A DNA stretch of 64,000 nt from a virus (IMGVR_UViG_3300027963_000050), one strand, 5' to 3'; positions 8,102-16,546 are shown, counted from the stretch's first letter. A program made the numbers and translations. Notes: generated by a model from the sequence alone, not told the origin.

Positions 8102-8396
8102 CCTTCTTTAGGGAATGGTTTCTAATGTTCATTGACATATCGGTTAAATCATTCTCTGATAGTGGGGAGTCCATATGAATCTTCTCTATGATATCCCCCA
8201 TATCTACATTGGTTAGTAATAACACTTCCTGCTTTATTCTATTCCCGGACTTGAATAGTTCATATTCACAGGTACCCGAGAAGTTCCCATAGGAATAAAT
8301 CACACTATATTGTGTGTCATTTTGTCTTACTTCCGTATTAAAATCATTTAGGTACATAATTGTTGATAACTTTTTTATAAATATAGTTATTAACAT
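8058..8396 (-). CDS. hypothetical protein (112 aa)
   Basis: ORF in a gene-poor region. Confidence 0.35.
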   Translation of the reverse strand: MLITIFIKKLSTIMYLNDFNTEVRQNDTQYSVIYSYGNFSGTCEYELFKSGNRIKQEVLLLTNVDMGDIIEKIHMDSPLSENDLTDMSMNIRNHSLKKVEEFISDLCHRGLP

Positions 8397-8873
8397 TTAT
8401 GTTGTACATACTCTCAGGGGGGATTGTTAATAACTTTTTATGTTAAAATTCTTGATTTTGACAAAATGTCAGTCTCTTTTCACGATGGGGATAATCTTTT
8501 TCCCCACTTTTACCCCCATTTAACTTACACACTCTACCACTTTTTACCACCGGTTATGGTCCTGACGCTATGTAGAACGTCACTTTTTCCCCTCTGTAGG
8601 GGTCTGTAGGACCAATAAATTAGGTATATACGTTTCCCAGTAAATTATGTAAGTAATGGTACATTACGCGTGGGAACCGTTAGGTGTTAGAAAGGTATCT
8701 TCAACGACCACTTTAGTGGGGTATAATTAACCTCTAATGAACGAACTTAACGATTCATATATGGGACACCATAGAGACACAAAATACCATTAAAAGTTAT
8801 CTTTCATATCAACCTTGTGAGTTTTAAACTGACTACAGTGATACAAAACATAACTTATTATAACATCCACTAA

Positions 8874-8925
8874 TGTTCATTTAATTCCATTGTTCATTGC
8901 AAATGAACATCTATTAATAATGAAC
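8874..8925. promoter_or_regulatory. nested palindromic operator: TGTTCAT-N10-TGTTCATTGCAAATGAACA-N9-ATGAACA (4 half sites)
   Basis: Perfect 8-bp inverted repeat at 8891-8909 plus two symmetric outer half sites at 8874-8880 and 8919-8925. Confidence 0.55.
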
Positions 8926-9069
8926 ACCATACGGATTACTAATCGTGTCTGTAGTTTGTCCCCCTTCTTAATGGGGGGACGAAGTCCCCAATATAATGGG
9001 GGGAATATGTATACATTATTGAGTTTTTTATACATATGGAAGTTGACGTGTATAAATAAATGGATTTCT

Positions 9070-9175
9070 TATACATATACGTATTTATCCGTATATATAC
9101 GAAAATGATACGATATATATTATATTATACATTATGTGGTATATTGTGGGTTTTTGTATATTATAATGTACAAGA
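9070..9175. repeat. AT-rich tract with ATACG/CGTAT palindromes (CGTATATATACG at 9090-9101)
   Basis: tatacatatacgtatttatccgtatatatacgaaaatgatacgatatatattatattatacattatg. Possible DNA unwinding element or binding sites. Confidence 0.5.
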
Positions 9176-9224
9176 AAATAGTAAAGGATGAAACTATGAG
9201 TGAATTCCGGAGTGAAACGTAGGA

Positions 9225-9428
9225 CTATGAACGAATAGATTTATCGTTTAGTATTTTTCTATATATTGAGTGTAACCTTTTACTCTCCTGTTCTATCACA
9301 TCTTCCGCCATAAAAAGAAGTTGTTTTTCCTCCTCTGTCTCAAAACCTGTTCTTACAATACATAACGCCTCTAATAATGTTAATTCTTCCATAGTGTTAA
9401 TTATAAGTAATTCCCCCCGGTTAATCAA
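9225..9428 (-). CDS. small hypothetical protein (about 55-67 aa)
   Basis: Short ORF at the edge of the non-coding hub. May start at the internal MEELTLLEA. Confidence 0.3.
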   Translation of the reverse strand: MINRGELLIINTMEELTLLEALCIVRTGFETEEEKQLLFMAEDVIEQESKRLHSIYRKILNDKSIRS

Positions 9429-9438
9429 TAAAATGTTT

Positions 9439-9446
9439 TATCTTTG
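9439..9446 (+). promoter_or_regulatory. TAtcTTTG -7 box driving the 5-gene tandem array
   Basis: tttTAtcTTTGtatgatatttatattgatATGaaaATG. The ATG of the first array gene is about 19 nt downstream. Confidence 0.5.
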
Positions 9447-9464
9447 TATGATATTTATATTGAT

Positions 9465-9734
9465 ATGAAAATGATTATAAGTGAAAGTAGAATGTATAAT
9501 GTGTTTGTGAAATATATTGATTCACAATATGACTTATCATACAATATTAAAACCCGAGAATTTATAGATAAAAATAATAATATCTTTGGATATGTTGGGG
9601 GAGGAGTATTTTATTATGGTGGTTTATCTACGGAATTAAACTTGGAAGGGTTCTTTGGTAATAAAACAAATAAGATGTTAAAAATTTATTTGAGAGATAA
9701 ATTTCCTGATACACCTATATACTCTATTGAATAA
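9465..9734 (+). CDS. leader-family-1 tandem array member 1 (MKMIISESR...)
   Basis: Track ORF 9444..9734 starts at a TTG inside the promoter box. The ATG at 9465 gives the MKMIISES leader. Confidence 0.6.
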   Translation: MKMIISESRMYNVFVKYIDSQYDLSYNIKTREFIDKNNNIFGYVGGGVFYYGGLSTELNLEGFFGNKTNKMLKIYLRDKFPDTPIYSIE

Positions 9735-9746
9735 TCCCCACGCTTT

Positions 9747-10094
9747 ATGAAATTGATTATAACTGAAAGTAGAAGAAATGATGTCGTAACCAAATGGTTG
9801 GATAGGAAGTATAGTAATTTAATACCAAGACAATATAGTGTATTTACCTCATTTGATGATGAATCAGGTAATAGTGTGTTTTCATATAGTTACGGAGATA
9901 TTACAATTGTAAGTCCTGACCTACAATACGATTTATTTAATATGTTTAACTTAAAAAGATATGACTTAAATCAAATCATTAAACCTTGGGTTGAACAAAC
10001 ATATGGTATAGATGTTGATTTGGTTCAGTACACTACTTGGCATTGTAATAACTGTGGTATGTATCATCCTACTAAACATCATATTATAGAATAA
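9747..10094 (+). CDS. leader-family-1 tandem array member 2 (MKLIITESRRNDVVTKWLD...)
   Basis: Preceded by the conserved junction TAATCCCCACGCTTTATG. Paralog of 10107..10421 (shared VVTKWLD). Confidence 0.65.
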   Translation: MKLIITESRRNDVVTKWLDRKYSNLIPRQYSVFTSFDDESGNSVFSYSYGDITIVSPDLQYDLFNMFNLKRYDLNQIIKPWVEQTYGIDVDLVQYTTWHCNNCGMYHPTKHHIIE

Positions 10095-10106
10095 TCCCCA
10101 CGCCTT

Positions 10107-10421
10107 ATGAAATTAATAATAACTGAAAATAAAATGAGTAGTGTTGTAACCAAATGGTTGGATAATAGCTATGGTGATTTAAGAAAGTCCGCATCTCCTA
10201 TGAATTTTAGATTCATCCACTACAAAGATAAAAATAATCAGACCGTCTTTTTGTTTAATCGTGACACCGGTACAGTTACCATAACTAATAAATCGGTATA
10301 CCATTATTTGAAAGATATGTTTGGTCTTAGTGGTTATGAGTTAAATGTTATCTTAATCCCTTGGTTTATAGAAAGATATAATCTACACGTTGAGAAAGTC
10401 CAATATAGTGACTTACATTAA
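10107..10421 (+). CDS. leader-family-1 tandem array member 3 (MKLIITENKMSSVVTKWLD...)
   Basis: Junction TAATCCCCACGCCTTATG. Confidence 0.65.
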   Translation: MKLIITENKMSSVVTKWLDNSYGDLRKSASPMNFRFIHYKDKNNQTVFLFNRDTGTVTITNKSVYHYLKDMFGLSGYELNVILIPWFIERYNLHVEKVQYSDLH

Positions 10422-10436
10422 TCCCCACGCCTTATT

Positions 10437-10739
10437 ATGAAACTAATTATTACAGAGAGTAAATTTTATAAGATGTTCGCCAAGTTTATGGACGACTATT
10501 TCGGTTTAACATATAAGGCCGTTAAGAAAAAATATTATGATGTTGACGCAATTGAATATATCTTTACAACCAAAGATGGTGATACGTTTGGTAGGTCATT
10601 TGAAAATGATACTTTCACGTATAGTTATGATAAGTATATTATAATTGATTCTTTCTTTGGTGATAAAACAGATGAACTATTATTACAATACCTTAATGAT
10701 AAATTTGGAGATTCTGTTAGAATTAGAAGAATATCTTAA
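10437..10739 (+). CDS. leader-family-1 tandem array member 4 (MKLIITESKFYKMF...)
   Basis: Junction TAATCCCCACGCCTTATTATG. Confidence 0.65.
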   Translation: MKLIITESKFYKMFAKFMDDYFGLTYKAVKKKYYDVDAIEYIFTTKDGDTFGRSFENDTFTYSYDKYIIIDSFFGDKTDELLLQYLNDKFGDSVRIRRIS

Positions 10740-10752
10740 TCCCCCACGCTTT

Positions 10753-11187
10753 ATGAAAGTAATTATAACTGAAAGTAGAATAGAAGAAATAATACAAAAA
10801 TCCTTATCCATCGTATTTGGTGGGTTTGAGGATATAACTTGGAGTTGGGCCGACTTTAATTGTGGTTGGGGTGTTTGTTGTGATATATATGCCGTTGGAT
10901 TTGTTTTACCTAATACTGACCACGATGAATATATCTTTAAGTTGGCTGATGGTAAACACTATGATGATGATGGAGATTACCCGGAAGAAATGAAAGGTGA
11001 ACTACCTGAAGAATGTTATAACCAACCTGATTTATATGACCCCCGATTTGATACAATCGTATTCTATGAAGAGTATGCTGAGAAATTGGAAAACTTCTTG
11101 GGTCCGTTAGATAAAGTTAAAACCCCATTGTTAAATGTCCTAAATGAAATGTTTGGTATGGATGCTAAGGTAATTATTGTTATATAA
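10753..11187 (+). CDS. leader-family-1 tandem array member 5 (MKVIITESRIEE...)
   Basis: Track ORF 10645..11187. The ATG at 10753 follows the conserved junction TAATCCCCCACGCTTTATG and gives the leader. Confidence 0.65.
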   Translation: MKVIITESRIEEIIQKSLSIVFGGFEDITWSWADFNCGWGVCCDIYAVGFVLPNTDHDEYIFKLADGKHYDDDGDYPEEMKGELPEECYNQPDLYDPRFDTIVFYEEYAEKLENFLGPLDKVKTPLLNVLNEMFGMDAKVIIVI

Positions 11188-11281
11188 GGCTCAGGACTTA
11201 TATTGTATCTTTATAAGGTTTAGACCTTATATTACACATTTCGGTAATATTCGTGATTATTACACATTTTGGTAATAATAA

Positions 11282-11686
11282 CTATTTTCCGGTTCCTTTT
11301 TTGATTAAATTAAGACAGTCCGGTGGTATGTTTTGGAATGTTACCATATGTTTTGATACGGACCCAAAATGTTTATCTTTATACCACTTAACATCCGGAA
11401 TCATTCTTGTATTTATTTCCCATATATCATCATCATATGTAGAATCAAACCAAGCTCTTTTGTTTGTGGAGTTTGTTGCAAATATTGCTGGTTGACACTT
11501 ATATCCATAACCCACATAAATCTTATAACATTCCCCCGTTTTTGTTCTTAATCCATCTCTAAGTATATCCTCCCTGAACATTGGATTTGATTTGTGTATA
11601 ACAATATCGTTTGGAGTTACTTCTTTTCCCGCAGGTGAATATAATTCGTTCTCTATTAATATCTTTATTGTGTTAATTAATTTCAT
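11282..11686 (-). CDS. hypothetical protein (134 aa)
   Basis: ORF. TAATG-type close packing with the neighbour. Confidence 0.5.
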   Translation of the reverse strand: MKLINTIKILIENELYSPAGKEVTPNDIVIHKSNPMFREDILRDGLRTKTGECYKIYVGYGYKCQPAIFATNSTNKRAWFDSTYDDDIWEINTRMIPDVKWYKDKHFGSVSKHMVTFQNIPPDCLNLIKKGTGK

Positions 11687-11689
11687 ATC

Positions 11690-12109
11690 TTACTTATTGA
11701 TTAATATCTCAACCAATTCATCAAGTATTTGTCCCGGTAAACTTTCATATTTAACATAATAGTCGCCTAAGTGACCATTAAACTCATCCTCATATCTACT
11801 AATATCTACACTCGTTAGACCTAACCATTCTATTTGATGTTCCTCCCCATCTTCATCACTATAATGAAGTGGTTCTTCATCTATTTCTGTCATACCAAAC
11901 CCACTAGCATCACCTAATTCTCTCACTCTTTCTTTAATGTAGTTGACCTTATCAATCTCCTTTAAGTAGGGCTCAATCATATAATAATTTCCCGCCAATT
12001 TAATGGCGTTGGAGACTCCCATCTTATCAATCATTGTTCTGATGGTGTCTTCCTTTTTATCTTCACTGATTAAGGTGCTAATTCTTTGTATGTTTTCTAT
12101 TAGGTTCAT
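11690..12109 (-). CDS. leader-family-2 protein (MNLIENIQRISTLI...)
   Basis: N-terminal MNLxENIxRI leader with the 'ggttcat' start context. Acidic. Confidence 0.55.
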   Translation of the reverse strand: MNLIENIQRISTLISEDKKEDTIRTMIDKMGVSNAIKLAGNYYMIEPYLKEIDKVNYIKERVRELGDASGFGMTEIDEEPLHYSDEDGEEHQIEWLGLTSVDISRYEDEFNGHLGDYYVKYESLPGQILDELVEILINK

Positions 12110-12859
12110 TTATAATAATTCTATAATATCTTTAACAATATCGGTTTTATCTCTCCTGTCACCTTTATCATCGTAAACACTTATAATATGTTTGGCAATA
12201 TCTTTGTTTTTAACATCTTCTTCTTTAGATAATGGGACGTACTTATTCCAATCATTCTCCATATCTAATCCACCCCAACCTTTCATTTCTTCAGTGTCAG
12301 GTAAATCTTCTTTATCAAATTTACCACCCTCACCTTGTCTCATTCTTTGTAACTTACCAATAAGCTCAGTTTCTTTTTCTTTTGTATGTTTGTGGTTCCC
12401 ACTTTGTAACCCTTGAATGATTTGGTCCATAAACCCTGTCCATCTCTCTGTATTACCTTTTCTTAATAACTCCTCTGATTTATCAGAATCTTGAGACGGC
12501 ATTAATAAGAATACGTTAGGGTATTGACTTAATAATTCTTTCACTCCATCATTGTAAACGTGTCCCCCACCAAAATCTAATATTGATGGTGTATTGTATT
12601 TATTAAAGTCCGGTGATAAAACATATTTTACCAACTCAAACTCTTTTCCATCACCATAACCAAACTTCTCTTGTAATTTGTCAAGTATTACATACTCAAC
12701 ACCAAGTTGTTTTGATAGTTCTTCAGCAACGGTTGATTTTCCTACTGTTGGTGGTCCAATTAAGATGATTCTATTTGTTCCGGAATAACCTTTTTGTTCT
12801 TCCTCAACAAGTAATCCCATCATTTCTTTGATTCTATGTATATTCTCGTGTAAGTTCAT
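12110..12859 (-). CDS. leader-family-2 protein with P-loop NTPase / nucleotide-kinase-like domain
   Basis: Track ORF 12110..12937. The internal Met at 12857-12859 (MNLHENIHRIKEMMGL) gives a TAA-N-ATG junction. Walker A motif LIGPPTVGKST. Confidence 0.55.
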   Translation of the reverse strand: MNLHENIHRIKEMMGLLVEEEQKGYSGTNRIILIGPPTVGKSTVAEELSKQLGVEYVILDKLQEKFGYGDGKEFELVKYVLSPDFNKYNTPSILDFGGGHVYNDGVKELLSQYPNVFLLMPSQDSDKSEELLRKGNTERWTGFMDQIIQGLQSGNHKHTKEKETELIGKLQRMRQGEGGKFDKEDLPDTEEMKGWGGLDMENDWNKYVPLSKEEDVKNKDIAKHIISVYDDKGDRRDKTDIVKDIIELL

Positions 12860-12860
12860 A

Positions 12861-13631
12861 TTATTTTTCTTCCGGTAATTTAGTATCTTTGATAAACTTC
12901 TTGTGTGAATCTTTATACGATTTTTGGGTTTCATCATTCACATCTTTGGTGTATTGCCAATTCCAATACAAGTCATCGTTTGGTTTGAATCCGTAGAATC
13001 TATGAACTTCTTTCTGAACTTCAGTAACATTCTCACCATTCCAATTCTGACCAACACAAATAAATCCGGTCTCAATATCCTCAACAAGATTTGATTCCCC
13101 CAATGTTGCGTGTCTGTTCTCAATCCAAGTCAATCTCTCAATTAAGTTCTGATAGAACATATTGGTTTGTCCCCATCTAATTGAACTAAAGAATATAACT
13201 GTATCAGATTCAAACAACTCTTTGGATATCTTCCATAACTCATCCTTTGGATTGTTATAACTTGCCCAACATCTGTGGTCTCCGGATGGATTCTTTTTCT
13301 TATCTTTGAGCATCGCTTTAAGTAACCCACAGCTGTTCCCATCTTTTCTTGATACATTCCCCTCACAAGGAACTATATTAAGTTCTGACACATCAATTAA
13401 CACTGAGTTTTTTAACTCATCGTTAAGATACATTGCAATCATTTTTGATTTTGGTATATCAATATCTTCCTTATCAAATTGGAATCTATTGGAACAACTT
13501 AAGATTAAAACTTTCTTTTTCTTTTTAAGAATGTCTAAGGTAGTTTTGATTGATTTCCACGCATCGGATTGAGCCATCTCTTCCGAAATCATCATTTCCC
13601 TTATTCTTTGTATGTTTTCTTGTAAGTTCAT
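12861..13631 (-). CDS. leader-family-2 protein, flavodoxin-like fold (NAD(P)H-dependent FMN reductase-like?)
   Basis: Internal Met at 13629-13631 (MNLQENIQRIREMM). KKVLILSCSNR ... DTVIFFSSIRWGQTNMFYQNLIERL resembles the FMN_red / flavodoxin_2 architecture. Weak call. Confidence 0.4.
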   Translation of the reverse strand: MNLQENIQRIREMMISEEMAQSDAWKSIKTTLDILKKKKKVLILSCSNRFQFDKEDIDIPKSKMIAMYLNDELKNSVLIDVSELNIVPCEGNVSRKDGNSCGLLKAMLKDKKKNPSGDHRCWASYNNPKDELWKISKELFESDTVIFFSSIRWGQTNMFYQNLIERLTWIENRHATLGESNLVEDIETGFICVGQNWNGENVTEVQKEVHRFYGFKPNDDLYWNWQYTKDVNDETQKSYKDSHKKFIKDTKLPEEK

Positions 13632-13632
13632 A

Positions 13633-14529
13633 TTAATATCTCCAACTTTCATCATCAAACTTAGTTTTATTTAATGTATCTTTATAATTTGATTCTTCTG
13701 TAAACCCTCCTCTTTCATTCACCCAATTATTAATATATTCAGGGTCACTATTAATATATACATTTCCTGTTGATATATTTTCTAATTTTGATTTAATGTT
13801 TTTAATCTCATCATCATTTAATGTTGTCTCTGAACCAACAACCCCATTTTTAATTCCTGACCCCGGTTCAATAGGATTAAATAACACATCCTTTATTTTA
13901 ATGTGTTGTACTATTTTTTCATTCCACGGTTGTGAACTTCCACCAATATTTGTTTTACCTAAATTTCTTGCGTTATTCCAATGTTTTATTTTATCTGCAA
14001 AAGTTTTTACTAATTCGTCAATTTTTCTATAGTAATGTATAAGTATTGTTTTATTTAAATTATTGTCGTTTTCACTAATTTCTTTATATATCTCATACTT
14101 TATTGGTGAAAATTTATTTAAAAATTCAGGAGGAAAATTAAGAGAACCAATCCATCTTCTACCACTTTCATCTGGTTGACTCATAGCGTCGGATGTTGAA
14201 TCAAAAACTAATTCACCTTCTATTTGAAATAGAACTCCTCCTTTTGTATTTATTCCTTTTAAATTAGATAAAAAATCTTTACCAATATATGTAAAAGTTG
14301 ATATTGGTTTTTCTTTACCAATAATAGATTTAATTTGGTCTATACGTGAAATATCAGTTATATGGAATGTTGTTATTTTTTCTCCACCATACAAATAATC
14401 AATAATACTATCAGTTAAAGGTATATTACCACTAAAGATTTGGTCCCTAATATTACTTTGATTTGAAAGGTCTTCATTGATTAAACCCATCATTGTTCTA
14501 ATCCTTTGTATGTTTTCATTTAAGTTCAT
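13633..14529 (-). CDS. leader-family-2 protein (MNLNENIQRIRTMMGL...), hypothetical
   Basis: Internal Met at 14527-14529. The leader is conserved at nucleotide level with its neighbours. Confidence 0.55.
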   Translation of the reverse strand: MNLNENIQRIRTMMGLINEDLSNQSNIRDQIFSGNIPLTDSIIDYLYGGEKITTFHITDISRIDQIKSIIGKEKPISTFTYIGKDFLSNLKGINTKGGVLFQIEGELVFDSTSDAMSQPDESGRRWIGSLNFPPEFLNKFSPIKYEIYKEISENDNNLNKTILIHYYRKIDELVKTFADKIKHWNNARNLGKTNIGGSSQPWNEKIVQHIKIKDVLFNPIEPGSGIKNGVVGSETTLNDDEIKNIKSKLENISTGNVYINSDPEYINNWVNERGGFTEESNYKDTLNKTKFDDESWRY

Positions 14530-14560
14530 AGTAATAAATATCTCGTTCTTTGACATATTG

Positions 14561-16204
14561 TTATAATCCGTATCTTACTGTACCAGCGGTATATATTGTT
14601 GATATCTGAGCAGCTGTTAATGTTTGATTATACACTTTAACTGTTGATATGTTTCCATTAAAATACGCATTACTTGCAGCTCCATTTCTACCAATGTTAA
14701 CCACACTACTACTATCATTAATAATATTACCAGGATTTACTGAAGATGTATAGGTTTGAGAACCATCTAGATATGTTGTAAAATTCGTACCATTAAAAGT
14801 CATTGTCATATTATGCCAAACATTCGTGGATATTGACCCTCCCGTAGTAGTATAGATACCAGTACTTGTATATAAAACAGAAAATAAACTTGATGTACTA
14901 ACAGCAAGACCCCAACCACCTGAAGTACCTCCAAATTTTATAAGGTAATTGGTCCCACTTTGTGCCGAACTTATTTTAAACCAAACACTAACTGTTAAAT
15001 TAGTTGTAATTGAAGATATATTAGTATATGACGTTAAATCTATATAATCATTTGACCCGTCAAATAAAAATGACCTTTGACCATCTCTTGATAAAGCAAC
15101 ACCATTTGTTAATATTCCGTTAGTATTATTCCCACTAATATCGTTAGCAGTACTTGCCGTCATTACCTGTTTGTTTGTATTATTACCATCTAAATATAAA
15201 ACTAACCCATTTGTTGGTATGAATCTTTGAAGTCCTGCGTAGTAATTTTGTAATATTTCTGCATTTGAAAGTGCTCTTTCATAAACTTGTAAACTATACA
15301 CATAACCTTCATAATATAAGTTAGGAATATGTGTTGCACATAAATTTTGGTTATCAGAATTTAATGTTTGTCCTGACAAATTTAATGAACCTGTTGTAGA
15401 TGTGGTATTAACATATAAAGTATGGACTCCGGTAGTTTTATTAAAAATACCCGCCAACATACAATTACTACCCATAGTTATAGGTAAACTAACATTTAAT
15501 AGTGTGTTTGATGAACCTCTAACTTGAAAATATGCGGTTGTAGAGTTTTGAATTGTTAACTGTATTAACTCAGTAATTGAATTTCTATACGAGTATACAA
15601 CTCCCGGAGGACTTACTGGCGTATTTGGATTTATAAAACAAATAACAGTTAATTCAGTTGGATTAGAAATGGGAATATTACTACCCACATTTACATAGGC
15701 ATTACTACCATTACTAAAATATAATCTACCACCATTTGTTGAGTCATATGGAGCACTATTAGCGATTGAACCTCCACCAGCCGCCCCACTCAACTCAGCA
15801 ATTGCACTACCGGTTTTAGGATAACAAGACACAATTCCCATATCCAAATAAATTGTCAAACCACTTGTGACAATATTTGGCACATCCACATTAAGACAAG
15901 TACCTGCACTGGGGTTGTCTTTAAAATAAGTTAACGCTTGCCCTATTGTTGTATTCCCACTCCCACCTAATTGATTGGAATATGTTATTAATTCTGAATC
16001 ATTTGCCGCAGCATAAAGTGTTGGACTACTAGCTCCATTGGATTTGTATATTGTATAACCACTAACATTAGGTGTTTTACCATTCCAAAATCCGGTAACT
16101 GAAGTTAATCCATAACCGCCTTGATTAACTCCGACGGCAAAAGACCCTAACCTAATTGTGTTTATTGATGTTAAGACGGGGGAATATTTAATTACGTTTG
16201 CCAT
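14561..16204 (-). CDS. putative tail fibre / receptor-binding protein with two concanavalin-A-like (LamG-type) lectin domains
   Basis: 547 aa, rich in S/T/N/G. Motifs LTIYLDMG...YFSNGSNAYVNV and LVLYLDGNNTN...FLFDGSNDYIDL with a C-terminal ...NAEILQNYYAGLQRF are typical of the ConA-like/LamG jelly-roll. Paralog of 17192..19120. Confidence 0.5.
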   Translation of the reverse strand: MANVIKYSPVLTSINTIRLGSFAVGVNQGGYGLTSVTGFWNGKTPNVSGYTIYKSNGASSPTLYAAANDSELITYSNQLGGSGNTTIGQALTYFKDNPSAGTCLNVDVPNIVTSGLTIYLDMGIVSCYPKTGSAIAELSGAAGGGSIANSAPYDSTNGGRLYFSNGSNAYVNVGSNIPISNPTELTVICFINPNTPVSPPGVVYSYRNSITELIQLTIQNSTTAYFQVRGSSNTLLNVSLPITMGSNCMLAGIFNKTTGVHTLYVNTTSTTGSLNLSGQTLNSDNQNLCATHIPNLYYEGYVYSLQVYERALSNAEILQNYYAGLQRFIPTNGLVLYLDGNNTNKQVMTASTANDISGNNTNGILTNGVALSRDGQRSFLFDGSNDYIDLTSYTNISSITTNLTVSVWFKISSAQSGTNYLIKFGGTSGGWGLAVSTSSLFSVLYTSTGIYTTTGGSISTNVWHNMTMTFNGTNFTTYLDGSQTYTSSVNPGNIINDSSSVVNIGRNGAASNAYFNGNISTVKVYNQTLTAAQISTIYTAGTVRYGL

Positions 16205-16264
16205 ACTATAAGTTTATATAATAAATATAAAAAAAAAGAGAATATTACTTCCTCTCGTTTAATT

Positions 16265-16546
16265 TTATCTACCTTCATATTGCCATAGAACAGCATTACA
16301 ATAACTATGGACCGCACCTTCTGTCATATTTGTCTTGTGACAATGTTGAAGGTGGATTGGATGGTCTAAAAACCCTTGCGGAAATAAACCCCAAGTAATT
16401 GGTTTTTTTGTTATCCTTTCGGGTGCACCTTCATATAATGTTTCACCACAATACATACACAGATTGTTCTGTTCCTTAATGTATTGTAGTCTAACTTCCC
16501 TCCGTTGTGATGGTGTTAATTTTGTATAGTCCGTTGGTAAATTCAT
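16265..16546 (-). CDS. HNH endonuclease (93 aa)
   Basis: CMYCGETL ... HLQHCHKTNMTEGAVHSYCN: CxxC plus the H-N-H zinc-finger nuclease signature. Sits between the two fibre paralogs. Confidence 0.6.
   Translation of the reverse strand: MNLPTDYTKLTPSQRREVRLQYIKEQNNLCMYCGETLYEGAPERITKKPITWGLFPQGFLDHPIHLQHCHKTNMTEGAVHSYCNAVLWQYEGR

Noticed and set aside
8890-9108. 72-aa plus-strand ORF overlapping the nested palindromic operator
   Set aside because: It starts at a TTG inside the operator and runs through the non-coding AT-rich palindromes. No TAnnTTTG box is positioned for it.
12110-14556. Upstream extensions of family-2 genes in the ORF track (MMKPKNRIKIH..., MMMKVGDIN..., MSKNEIFIT..., MCDKQNKVI...)
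   Set aside because: These N-terminal extensions overlap the previous gene's last codons and differ in every member. The conserved leader begins at the internal Met exactly one nucleotide after the upstream TAA. So the extensions are read-through artefacts of alternative-start ORF calling.
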